A DNA stretch of 63,035 nucleotides, the filler included, from Sphacelaria rigidula (taxonomy: Eukaryota), in assembly GCA_964200075.2 (NCBI GenBank). It is 6 parts of 6 records of this genome, joined end to end, with 100 filler letters (N's around TTAATTAATTAA, not from the genome) between each part and the next. Parts side by side here need not be neighbours in the genome. Positions count along the whole stretch, not along the records: positions 21,047 to 31,469 come from CAXNAA020006517.1; positions 31,570 to 41,991 come from CAXNAA020006518.1; 4 more parts are not named here. The stretch is one strand, 5' to 3'. Position numbers and translations under genes: made by a program. The number at the start of each line of letters is the position of its first letter. Within the stretch, counting starts at the first letter, position 1. The notes under the pieces were generated by a model. The model had not been told where the DNA came from, did no database searches, and saw only the letters and a program-made list of their open reading frames with translations. Below are positions 26,349-37,439 of the stretch, one piece after another.

Positions 26349-28429
26349 GTAAGAGGGGTCGTGGTATCGGCGTTGGCCCATAGGCTGCTCCAAAGATATT
26401 GGCGTCTTTTGCCGCACCATTCCTGCGCTTGGTCCCCTTGGCCGGGCTGTTCATCTCTTATGAGCCCGTCCGAGAGTGTCAAAAGGCGACGGCGAAAAAT
26501 ACCAGTTCGGTAATACAACGTACGTTCCGGGGCCACCATGAAAGGAAGGTTCTTCGGGGGATTTGTTTTTCTTTGTCATACTCGTGAGCATATTTTGCTT
26601 TTTGTGTTTCCTGCTAGAGTTTCAAGACACGGTCTGTGTGATACGGCAATCAACGATTCTGTATATCACACACCGCGCATGAACAGTCTACACGAGACAC
26701 ACATGGGTCACCAGTAATTTTGCAAAGTGTGAAGCGAACGGTGTAGGAAATCGTTGCAGCAAAGATGGATACTCCTTCACACGCAATAGTCAGACCGAGC
26801 GGGAGTGGGAGCTTCCACGCATGAGACATGCCACGTCTTGACTCGTCCGTATTCACCTTTTCATAATACGCCGATCGCCCCTTGCATCTAAGCTTGCTAC
26901 TGGCAAAGACGGAAGGGACGTACGACGAACTTACGACAGGTGGGGTAGTGACGTGTGGAGTGTCGAGACCGAAGATACGACCCCCTACACTAGCAATACG
27001 CACGGTAACATTTCTCCGTTGTACCCTCCCATCACATGGATGGGAAAATTGAACGGGATTACTGCTACCGCACCCAAACCGTTACCAAGCAAGTATCCCG
27101 CTTGAAGCGTCGCCGAGCGAATCACATCTTCACCTTTTTTTCTGTACAAATCATCGATGTGATTTGCAGGGGGGGAAATGATTCGTACAACAGGTGCACT
27201 TGGACGCGAACAGTCCTCATGCACCCATGCGCCCACCTGACGACACGGCAGTACGAACGATACATGAGCGTGACCAGCTTTTTGTCCTCGCTCCTGACGC
27301 GTGTAATTGACGGAGGTTCGGCATTCACCGTTTTGTACGATCGCGGACCGCGGGACGGCGAAGCCCGTCAGGTGCAGTCACCCCAGCCCGTGTGATGGAA
27401 GCGATGACCGCTCTTGAAATGTCGTTCGTCACCAACTTCCAGTATATGTAAAGCGTATTCCGGTTTTGCTCGAAAAGTCGGGGGGGAAAATGACATATCT
27501 TGTTGCTTTTTTACCTTCGTTGACATAGTGTCAGACATTTCCTCCTTTCCGGAGGTTTTGCCGCACGACCTCAGATCGTCACGGCCACCTCGCCACGACC
27601 AAGAAACGGGATAGAGATCAGCACAACTTCGGGATACAGAACGCTCGATCGCTTGCGGTGATTTCTAGGAGTCACTTTATTTTTGGCAGCAGACACTTAC
27701 TTCATTTTCGACTGCAGGCACTTTTTATCGCATCAAATGTGCAAGATTGTCAAATGTCGGACCCAATTTTCACGACCCAATTGAGGAACCTTTTTATTTG
27801 TATAATACCAGGCACGGTTGAACTCGCGTCAATTGTCGATTGTCCGCTCGCGAGTCAGCTTTGTATCGAGAACCCCGAGCCTATCACTCCCCAACCCCCG
27901 GTGCCAGAGCTGCCGCGTGCGTTGTACTCATCATCCTTCACGAGGGCGGCCCTGACCATCCGATATCCCAAAATTACCGCGGTCGTCGTGGGCGGGGTGT
28001 GTGTTTAAACTTTCTCTACAGCTCGAGCCTAAGGCGGACCCTAGGGGACTCGCCCGAGATTTTGCGGACTTGCCAGCTTTTGAGCGTACGCAGGAACACA
28101 CCCGTTCAGCAACACCATGGTGCCTTTGTAGCGTGATGTTTGAGGCACAGAGCTTGTAGGCAAAGAGTTCAAGGCATCTCGTGGTGCTACCGCTGCGCCC
28201 GTGGTGACACTTAGGGTCGAAGCTCTTGAAAGTGAAGCGGCGCGTGCACTGCGCCACGTTGACGAGGGGTTTCAGTGGGCCGGATACCCACACCGCCTTG
28301 AGCACAGCTCACGAACGCTCGAGGCGCCTACCTTATATGACTGCCGTGAGGCAGTCTAGTCGAACCTCGCGGGTGATCGGCACACGAACCCGCTGAAGTG
28401 TTGGATCAGGTTTCCTCCTTCCTTCAAGA

Positions 28430-28462
<33 letters not shown>

Positions 28463-29014
28463 AAGTATTATGTGGATGGGCAGTATAAACAGGCTCGCAC
28501 ACTACAAAAACTACGTCTGTGAACAGCTGCGTTGCTGGTGTGTGCTCTCAAGACGAAGCATGAAGACATATGCCACGGCACTCGCATTGGAGGGTAGTGT
28601 TTGGTGAGCACAGGGCGCTGGACCGGGCGTCTACCTCTGGTCAATAGGTGGTTGACGTTTGATCCAACATTTGCATCCGTTGGACTTTTGTGGGGTGCAA
28701 AAATTGGAAAATTTCAAGGGCGTGTCGAATAGGGTACACACGATATTTGGATATTTTGACAAGTCGCACGTCACCTGCCGAAGTCAGCCACAATAGTTTG
28801 TGTGGGCTTTAGAGAGGGGAACAACATGGGAATCTAGCTGGAATTGGATGAGAATTGACGTTTGACGAGATATGCACCACAAACTGCAAGCCAGAAGTGC
28901 CCTTACTTTCAAAACGACCTTCTTCGACGACCGCGTTCGTTGTCGCTTTCTTGTTTAAACTCGGGAGTGGTTTTTACATTTTTCTTTGTTCTCATCTTTG
29001 TTTCGTGTGAGCAG

Positions 29015-29207
29015 AATGAATCGAGGGGAGACTCAAGCTGCCGCGAGGGAGCTAGGGGCGCGTGTTACGGGATCGATATCCAAGAAAACGGATGTGCTCG
29101 TGGTCGGGTTGAATCCGGGAAAGAAGCTGGAGCAAGCGCGGGAGCTGGGTTTAGAAATCATGTCGGAAGAGGAGTGGTACCGTAGAACTGGCCGTACGGA
29201 GGTGTGA
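29015..29207 (+). CDS. ligA: NAD+-dependent DNA ligase, last exon (BRCT domain)
   Basis: Phase-2 join gives FTGSLTR-MNRGETQAAARELGARVTGSISKKTDVLVVGLNPGKKLEQARELGLEIMSEEEW, a classic LigA BRCT; ends at TGA. Confidence 0.9.
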
Positions 29208-30297
29208 TAAATGATGAGAGATGAGGCCATGGTGTGTCGGGTTGATTTCTGAAGTATGTGATACGTTTGGGCAGTCGATAACTGCAGCTCTCAGCGTTGT
29301 GTGCCGCAACTTTGGTACTTTTGAGCCGTCGTGTTGATGGACGATGACAACTGTAGCAGTTAATCCTTTCAAGGGTTGGCGTTGTTCGTGAGCGTGTACG
29401 TATGTGTACGTATATGCTGTACATGAAGTGTGGAGGGGCTGAGGAAATCGAGCGCGAGAAAAGATCAAAGAGACAAGTCCCCCCAGTTCAATCGATCAGC
29501 TGTGCAAAAACCTTAGTTTCGCAGTTTGGCGCCAGATGGTTGACAATTGTTACGTGCTGTGGAGTTTCCAAACGGGGGAATCTTTTAAGATTTTTCGAGT
29601 TTGTCGGATAAATGATAACTTTCTCCCGACTTGTTCGAAAAAAATGCTGAACACTCCGACGCTAGATCTTCGGAGAAAGCTGCTGTCACTATCGAATTTA
29701 TGTATATTGCTTGACCCGGTCAGGATATTAAATCTGCTCTCACATATTCCGGGGAATACTTTTTCTCCCCGAAAAAATAGGAGAGTTTGGGAAACGAAAA
29801 CAGACCCTGCTGCGAAAAGAAGTCGAACGCTTGTCATCTTGTTTCATCGCTGTGAAACATTTCAGATGCTCTCTGTCCGAGAGAAATTGCAGAAATTCGC
29901 CTCTTTCAGGCATCATGCTGCCGGGCTTTGGCGGTCGGTGATTTACCTCGGACGGTTCACTCGCGGCGATTTGAATGGACCGCCAGGGTGGGTCATCTGA
30001 GTATCAGCCATTTTCCAAGCGGAAGATCATGCCGATTACAAGACATGACCCATTCTTAGCGCCGAGGAGTTCACGGCACTTAAGTTCATCGATGCCGAGA
30101 TGATCCATTTTGCAGCAAACAGTCCCCGCCAATTTGTTACGCGTCTCCGGGCAGCAACGTACATGTTCTCCACGACAGCTGCATCAATTTTTCACCCTTA
30201 AATTCATGTCTGCTATCAGTACATTTCATCCGATGTTTGCATTGTAGGATTATCATTACATCATTCTCACTGTTGACGTACGTCCTTGTCGCTATTA

Positions 30298-30492
30298 GGC
30301 GGCGTGTCTCAGCACATTATTTTTCGATCGAAAAAGTGCGGTGGGAAACAACAAAGTCCAATCTTCTAGGTCCTGATTTCAACCATCGTCCTTTACATTG
30401 ACTATTGTAGTTGAAATTACGACCTATCAGTTTAAAATTTTCCTTCATCACCGCATATTTTCGATCGAAAAATCATGTGCGAAGACACGCCC
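30298..30492. mobile_element. MITE, GGCGTGTCTTAGCACA family
   Basis: GGCGTGTCTCAGCACA...TGTGCGAAGACACGCC followed by TTA. Confidence 0.75.
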
Positions 30493-31110
30493 TTACGCCT
30501 CAGTCTTGACGAAAGAGAAATATGAGGTTGGTTGTCACGGCTCACGCTTTTTACCTTATGCTTTTGATTGGTCGGGGGATGATCCCTTGTAATCAACACC
30601 CTCAACAATCTTTCTCGTCAAAATGACCAAGAATGAACTAAGCAGTGCACCTTGCCGGCCCACAACATCACTCTGGGCCCTTACGAAGACTCAAGCAACT
30701 AGCTCTCTGGGAAGAGCGGTGATTCTGCACAAGACGCATTCGAAAACAGGTCTTGGAATCCCGATGGGTGTGACTGAAACACACGACTGCTGTTCAACCA
30801 TGTTGAACGTGCACACCTTAGTCCGAGCAGACACCTACAGACGTTCACAGCGCTAGTGCATCACGCCTGGCGCGATACCGCCCCGTGGAAACCCCAGGAT
30901 GTTCCTAGACTATCAGTGCGTAAAACTGTTCCGAGGCGACGTTTATTGTCTAGGAGTTACAGCAACAAGGACATCGATAAAGTCGTAATGATTGGCAGCG
31001 AAAGAGCACCGACGAAAACTTTGACGTAGATGAGCGCGACCTGGTTTGACATTTCGACCGACAATTTTCGTGATTGAACGAACTTTTGTTTTGTCAAAAA
31101 CTGAGGCTAA

Positions 31111-31312
31111 GGCTGTGTCTTAGCACATCAGTAGTTTTCGATCGAAAAAGTGCGGTGGAAAACAAAAATCCTGTTCTGATACCTGTAGGTGGTGATTTCA
31201 ACTATCTTCAAAATTGACGATGATTGAAATTACGAAATTACGACCTATCAGATCAGGATTTTTGTTCTCCAACGCACAAATTCGATCGAAAACTAGTGTG
31301 CTAAGACACGCC
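31111..31312. mobile_element. MITE, GGCGTGTCTTAGCACA family
   Basis: TAA-GGCTGTGTCTTAGCACA...TGTGCTAAGACACGCC, largely palindromic. Confidence 0.75.
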
Positions 31313-31408
31313 GGTACTGTATACAGTACCGACATACATACCGGAGAAAAAAAGCTTGTCGATAAGACTCAGCACTGGTCGTTGTGGGGGTAATCACTAA
31401 TCACTTAT

Positions 31409-31453
31409 AACAGTGTTTTCGTGAGATTGAGAGTAGATGATACGATTGAGAGT
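31409..31453. repeat. ~45-bp dispersed repeat (also 52117-52160 and reversed at 52642-52687)
   Basis: AACAGTGTTTTCGTGAGATTGAGAGTAGATGATACGATTGAGAGT, near contig ends. Confidence 0.8.
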
Positions 31454-31569
31454 GAAAAGCGGTCAATCANNNNNNNNNNNNNNNNNNNNNNNNNNNNNNN
31501 NNNNNNNNNNNNNTTAATTAATTAANNNNNNNNNNNNNNNNNNNNNNNNNNNNNNNNNNNNNNNNNNNN

Positions 31570-31628
31570 CCACAACTCAACCACCAGAAGGTTACGAGGT
31601 TACCAACTGAGCCACCGGGGCGACCGGC
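31570..31628 (-). mobile_element. 5' head of a tRNA-derived SINE, truncated at the contig edge
   Basis: Minus strand GCCGGTCGCCCCGG-TGGCTCAGTTGG-TAACC: Pol III A-box and D-arm-like; the B-box would fall in the gap. Confidence 0.6.
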
Positions 31629-31631
31629 ACG

Positions 31632-32437
31632 TGTGCAATTAGTTATCCCCAAACAACTCATCTCTCCGAATCGCGTGCAATTATTTTTTTTGTTTCCAAA
31701 CAACTCATTTCTCAGAATCCGTGTGCGATTAGTTATCTCCAAACAACTCATCTCTCTGAACATGATTCCACACCAGCATGGTTCATGGGGGATATCTCGG
31801 ACTCGAGGTTCCCGCCATATTTGAGTGATTATTGATCTCGACTATACCTGAGACCTCGAGTTTGAGGTACTTTTACTTTTTGTATGGGTGGTGCTGCAAT
31901 TGTTACACCCCAGCCTTCCTTAGATTTCTCCCTGTCATGCAGCAGGTGTTGTGTACAGCAGTTCCATATCTGTTGCACGTGTTCAGACTACAAATGGTGG
32001 AACTTACTTGTCATTCTGCATCCTGCACGAGAGTAGTGGCATACTTTCATACCCTGTACAACTAAAATAGTTGGTACTGTAGTTGCTTCTCAAACAACTA
32101 AGTGTTCAGAATCGTGTGCAACCAGTTGTTTTCAAACAACTCATCTCCCAGAATCGTGTGCAAATAGTTGTTTCCAAACAACTCATCTCCCAGAATCATG
32201 TGCAACTAGTTATTTCCAAACAATTCATATCTCATTATTGTGTGCAAATAGTTGTTTCCAAACAACTCATCTCCCAGAATCGCGTGCAACTAGATGTTTC
32301 CAAACAACTCATCTCTCATAATCGTGTGCAACTAGCCGTTCCCAAACAACTAACTGTTCGAAATCGTGTGCAACTAGTTGTTTCCAAACAATCCATCTCT
32401 CAGAATCGTGCGCACCTAGTTGTTTGGAAACAACTAG
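31632..32437. repeat. 42-bp minisatellite with palindromic core (3 units at 31632-31760, 9 cores at 32080-32437)
   Basis: Unit CAACT-AGTTGTTT-CC-AAACAACT-CATCTCCCAGAATCGTGTG. Confidence 0.92.
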
Positions 32438-34083
32438 CCGGTTGGTGGTCGACAAATAACTAACTTATTTGGTTTTTAGTTATAGTTATTCAGGGTGTGG
32501 AATGTTCGGCTTGAAAAAAAAGTATGCGAAGACTCCAATGATGTTGGATCTTACGTTGTACTGTAAGACTTTGCGTACAATAAGGGAACACCATAGCTTA
32601 CTGCTTGCACGTCCGATGGAACAATGAACCCGCGGCAGAAGAAGCTAACGTTGACTCGTGTGACGTATGAAAATGGTTGATCAGACATATGGGTCACTAC
32701 ACAACAGAAGAATGCCGCCAGAGGGTTATGAGCCCTCGCCTCTCTGAGACAGCAGAGCGCTCTATCGATTAAGCTATGACGGTGCGTTGAGGACAGGACA
32801 AGATCCCAGAAGAGGGTTGAGATGTTGAGTGAGAGACGGGGGGCGAGCAGCGATGACTCGCACCTTGTCTCGGATGACAGACAGACCACAAACCAGTCAA
32901 GCTCACAGAATATGCTTGTGGTGTGGTATACAGTCAAGCTCACAGTATGGGAGCTTGGTGGTGTTGTCTGTGTTGGTTTCAAGCCTGGAGCATACCCGTA
33001 GCTCCGTGGCTTCCAAGGCACACAGACAGACAGTTCGAGATATTTAGGATCGCACTAGCCGACAGTCGAGGAACATTCCTCGTGAGTAGAAGTTTCCTAT
33101 GGACAGGACCTGTTGGTCTGGTTCTGGACAGAACCAAAGGTATGTTGGGTTCGCATAGCTGGGATTCACAGACACACATAAACAAATACCGTGAATTCGT
33201 TTCACAGTCACCCACGAGCCAGGCGTTAACGCCAGCGGCGATTTGGATAACCTCCCCCCCTCTCGTCCTTTTTTCTCCTTTTGAAATCGCCCGTTTCCAA
33301 AATAGGAGGGGAGGCTGTAGTGTAGCATATGAGTGAAAAGACAGATGGGCCGGGGGTTTCGCTCAGACAGCTTCTCTCATCGAGGGGTATGATGAAATTG
33401 CGCCGTCGAGGTTGTTGAAAGAAGTTACAATTTGCCGAGTAGTCCAACGATTGTGCGTGAGGGACGGCGTGTTTCGAGCCACTTCTCGCTCAATGGAGTC
33501 ACTGTGAACCTGGTGTCGCTGGAAGCACAATTTTTCAGTGGAGTGCTCTTTGTATCAACATAACACACGCACACGCACCGTCGGCGCACCACGAGTATGT
33601 GAGGTCGTATAACACATCCATGAACCTCCTTCTTTCGTGCCATCACCTCGCCTTCCTCCCTTTCCCATCGTGGGGGTATTATGTGATGGAAATTGCGATA
33701 TCGGGACTTTTCAATCATTTAGATATTGCTCCGTTTGTTGTGTGGTTGAAAAAATTGTAAACGCGAGATTCGGAGCTCGCTTTCAGTAACGGTTTTCGGA
33801 ACCCGCACCCCCCCCCGTCCCCGCCCCGCTCCACTACGAGCCTGGTTCGGCGAAAACCCGGCGTGCTCCGTCCCGGCTTTGTAGGGATGCGAGGCCAGTG
33901 TTCTTACGACTACGGCATGCAAGATCATGAGTACACCCCCCCACTCCTTTTTTATTTTATTCCTTGGGTGCGGTAGTGGGCAGCTACGCAGGTGTTGACC
34001 CTGCAATGCCCCCCCTTCCCCGTGCTCCTCTGTCCCCCCTGTGCCTGGCCGCCCCCATCCTCCAAAACCACACTGGCGTGCAG

Positions 34084-34283
34084 ATAAGCAGTCGGTCGAA
34101 GCCCTGTGTGCCGCCCTGCTGAATCAGGCGTCCGCTCTCATACGCATGAGAAAGTTTGCTGATGCCGAGGCAAGGTGCACGGCGCTTCTGACAGCAACCG
34201 GTGGGCAGGATAACGCCGCCGCCGCCAACTATTCCGTGCTGAGGACGAGAGCGAAGCACTTCCGCGGATTCTCCAGGCAAGAG
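34084..34283 (+). CDS. TPR-repeat protein, internal exon
   Basis: cag|...GAG|gt; LLNQASALIRMRKFADAEARCTALL...RAKHFRGFSRQE fits the TPR pattern. Confidence 0.75.
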
Positions 34284-34987
34284 GTTTCGTCGTGTGCGAA
34301 AACGCGCGTGCCCGATTGGGTCGGAGGCGGGGGAGGAGGGGGGGGGGGGGGGGGAGGGTGAATTACTATTGACATGTGTGTGCTTGTGTCCAGTAGCCCG
34401 TAGCTCAGTGTGTCATGTATTGTGGCGTGTCTTATTGGGTGTGTTTTGGGATTTTGGGATTTTGTGCAGTAGAAGGCTTGAGACAAACCACCAAGGACAC
34501 TTGTGTGTGTTTGGTTTGGGTCTTGTTCTTTCCGATGTTACTTTTTCTTGTGAATTCTCCGATGGTGTTTTGTTCGTGCACGATGGTAATTCATTTATCT
34601 CGTTTGCTCTTTCGTGCAGAAAATCTCATATGGTTGATGTCTTCAATGCTTCAGCCTTTCATCGCATTATTTCTTGAGAATACAAGAGCACTCGCTTATG
34701 TAGCTCTGCATTGTTCTGTTCCTTTTTTTTTCCTCATCATTAATATTAATATCACCATTATTTTCGCTCATTAGCCCGATCTCTTGAACACGTGGTCACA
34801 AACGTGGGATGCCTTTCCCGTACCGTTCGTATTATTCCTTACATGATATAGAAGCGGTTTTTGTGGGGTCTTTTCCTGCACAACCAGCCGGATTATGGTA
34901 CTGGCAGGTGTTGAGGGAGCGGCTCTTAGCGCATCCTGCTGTTACGTCTGACTGGTTTCATCGTCTTGTATTATTAGATTACGGCAG

Positions 34988-35132
34988 GGGAAGCACGACG
35001 AGGCGTGTCTTGACCTACGGGACGCGGTGTCGGCTGGTGTCGGAAACGCCGAAGAAGCTAGCGCCTTGCTCATGGAGGCCGAAGCGGGGTCGGCGCTGTC
35101 CAACTGCCGAGACCCTGAGGCAAAAGGCAGAG
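34988..35132 (+). CDS. TPR-repeat protein, next exon (a short terminal exon may be 35214-35233)
   Basis: Phase-0 join continues the TPR: RQE|GKHDEACLDLRDAV; AG|gtacg donor. Confidence 0.7.
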
Positions 35133-36596
35133 GTACGGCACGAAACCAGCGACTGGTCGGTCACGCGTGGATGTACCGATATTTTGTGGCTACGTGTCTT
35201 GTCTTTTCTGCAGAAGCGAAGGCGCTGCTGTAATTTACAGGGCCCATGTTCTAGGTAGGACACTCGTGCATAACAACGTTAGTGTATGGTCGTATTTGGG
35301 TCCTTGAGTCTCGCCCGTAGTCGGACCCCATGTTCATTTCTACTTGGCCTCGCGCGTCGAGTTGGAAAGCCGGGCGCCACCCCCTGAAGTTCGAATAGCC
35401 ACCTGCGGCACCGGATCTTCTGAGGTCAGCCATATGTGTTCTCTTTCTTCTTTATTATTTATCCCTGTTTAGCTTGTATCGCGTTGTGCGAGTTTTAATC
35501 TAAGTCTGCTGTTTTTTTTGGTTTTGTTTGATTTCCTCATACCTCATTTTAGGTAGCTAGCCTGTGACCACGGAAGGCGTCCGCATCAGATGCCCAGTAC
35601 GAATGTACCGCGCAGATTTCGCAACGATTTTTATGTGAAGACAACAACAACAACGACAACAACAACATAACTACAACACGTCCTCATGTTTTCAACAAGG
35701 GATATGAGACAGTCACCAGGAAGAAAAAAAAAGTGCATCTTCCGAGAAAAGAATCCACATTATTCCGACCTGATTGTGTCCACGTAAACCAAAGAAGACC
35801 ACTGGGCCGCGGCGGTTACTTCGTTGCCTAGTAACTTTCGTCTTACGGCTGTGAACAAGGACAAGCGAGCCCATTCACCACTCACGCAGGCCCAAAATCT
35901 CCGAAATAGGCCAAGAACGGCCGGGGGTGGGGGGGTATCGGTGACCTCCAGTTCATTTCACCACTCGCGCATCTACCCCTTATCCTGTGCTGTAGAGGGG
36001 GGGAGAGGCAAGATTAGTACGCATGATACTCTTTTTTTGTTCTCCACATCTTAGTTTGACTGGGTTATCTATCCCTCCCTCCCTCCCCCCCAGAAAGAGG
36101 CGGCTATGGATTGTAGTCAGCGTCCCCTATGGTGGCATGAGACTCGCACGTGCTGGCGGTGGTTGTTGTCCGCCGGATTGGTGGTGCGCGTTGCTGTACG
36201 TAGCTGATTGTTTTCTGAGGGGTTTTCATGGCGCATTTGAAATAGAGACACCCCACTTTTGAGGTGTAGAAAATGGCACACAAGCATGGAAAACCACCAC
36301 GCGTGAAAAGTTGGTCGGGGGGACTAGGTGCCGCAGCAAAAAATACGATCCCCTTCGATAGATGGTCATCTGCACCCTTGAGCACATCAACGGATCACCG
36401 CACGTGTGGCTTCCATGGCCACAGTTATCGTGTCAAGCCCTCTGTAGCCGGACCATCTCTTGTGGGTACGCTGGTTTCGAACCCGTTGTGATATTGAAGT
36501 TATCTCCTGGTAGTTTTACGCCCTTTCACGTATTCACCGCGTGTGTCACTCGCCCTTGCGGCGCCCTTTTCGTTGTCACTCTTTTGTGCGCCACAG

Positions 36597-36709
36597 CCCC
36601 GAGCAAAAACGCACCTGTGCAGCAGGCTGTCTTCAAGGTGCCACCAAAAATGACCAAATGGGAAGTTAGAGAATACCTCACCAAGATCTACAATGTCCCG
36701 GTCAAGAAG
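36597..36709 (+). CDS. MRPL23: Ribosomal protein uL23, bacterial type, probably mitochondrial; internal exon (first exon uncertain, 36273-36465 is phase-compatible)
   Basis: AVFKVPPKMTKWEVREYLTKIYNVPVKK with cag| and |gtgag sites. Confidence 0.88.
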
Positions 36710-37241
36710 GTGAGGACGAAAAAGGGAAACGTGCACCGTACTCTGTGTAGCTGAAGAAAAAAAAGCGCTATATCATTTTCGCTCAACACCGTTAGCCGCG
36801 TTTTTTTTCGTTCCAAAACGACGAGAGCGCTTGAGCAGGGAACGCCTCTCGAGAAGCGATCGGTTTCCCCATCGGTTTTTCCGTGACCACGACGACAATC
36901 GCTCCTACGTTTTCTTCGAGGAAGACTGGTCCAAACTCTGCCCATCCATGTCCGTGGTTTTGCCTTGAGTCGTATCAGTGAATGATTTATTTACATTCGA
37001 GCCGCCCAAATCCTCCAGGAGAGAGTAACACTCAATAGTGCCAACAACAGGAGAAATGACGGAGTATAGCGAGAGCATGTGAAAATTGGGGTGCCAGTGG
37101 TTAGTCGGAAGCGTGAATATTGTTGGATGGCTCAAAGCTGCCGCCCATCGTCTCTGTGTACAACGCGTGAGTATCATGCGGCACAGTATATGCCGTCGTT
37201 TTCCTGACAAGAACATGATCGAACGGAAATTTTCGTCGCAG

Positions 37242-37439
37242 GTGATGACACAAAACTTCGAGGGCAAGAGGAAGCGACTTATGGGGAAGCGAAAAATGAT
37301 CAACTACAAGCGAGCGAGTTTCAAAAGAGCGATCGTAACACTAGATGCGGAAAAGATGGCCATAGAGAGCGGTGACGCCAGCACCGGCGCGGCGGACGAT
37401 GACCGATGGACAAAGCAGCTCCCACCATCTTCGGCGTGA
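37242..37439 (+). CDS. MRPL23: Ribosomal protein uL23, last exon
   Basis: VMTQNFEGKRKR...FKRAIVTL is the L23 signature; phase-0 join. Confidence 0.9.
   Translation: MMTQNFEGKRKRLMGKRKMINYKRASFKRAIVTLDAEKMAIESGDASTGAADDDRWTKQLPPSSA

Noticed and set aside
32080..32437. CRISPR array, or a protein with 14-aa repeats (ORF 32083-32463)
   Set aside because: The spacers are homologous to each other, there are no cas genes and the context is eukaryotic; the ORF follows trivially from a stop-free 42-bp unit
32542..33185. Solo LTR starting TGTTGG
   Set aside because: No matching TSD or second copy was found
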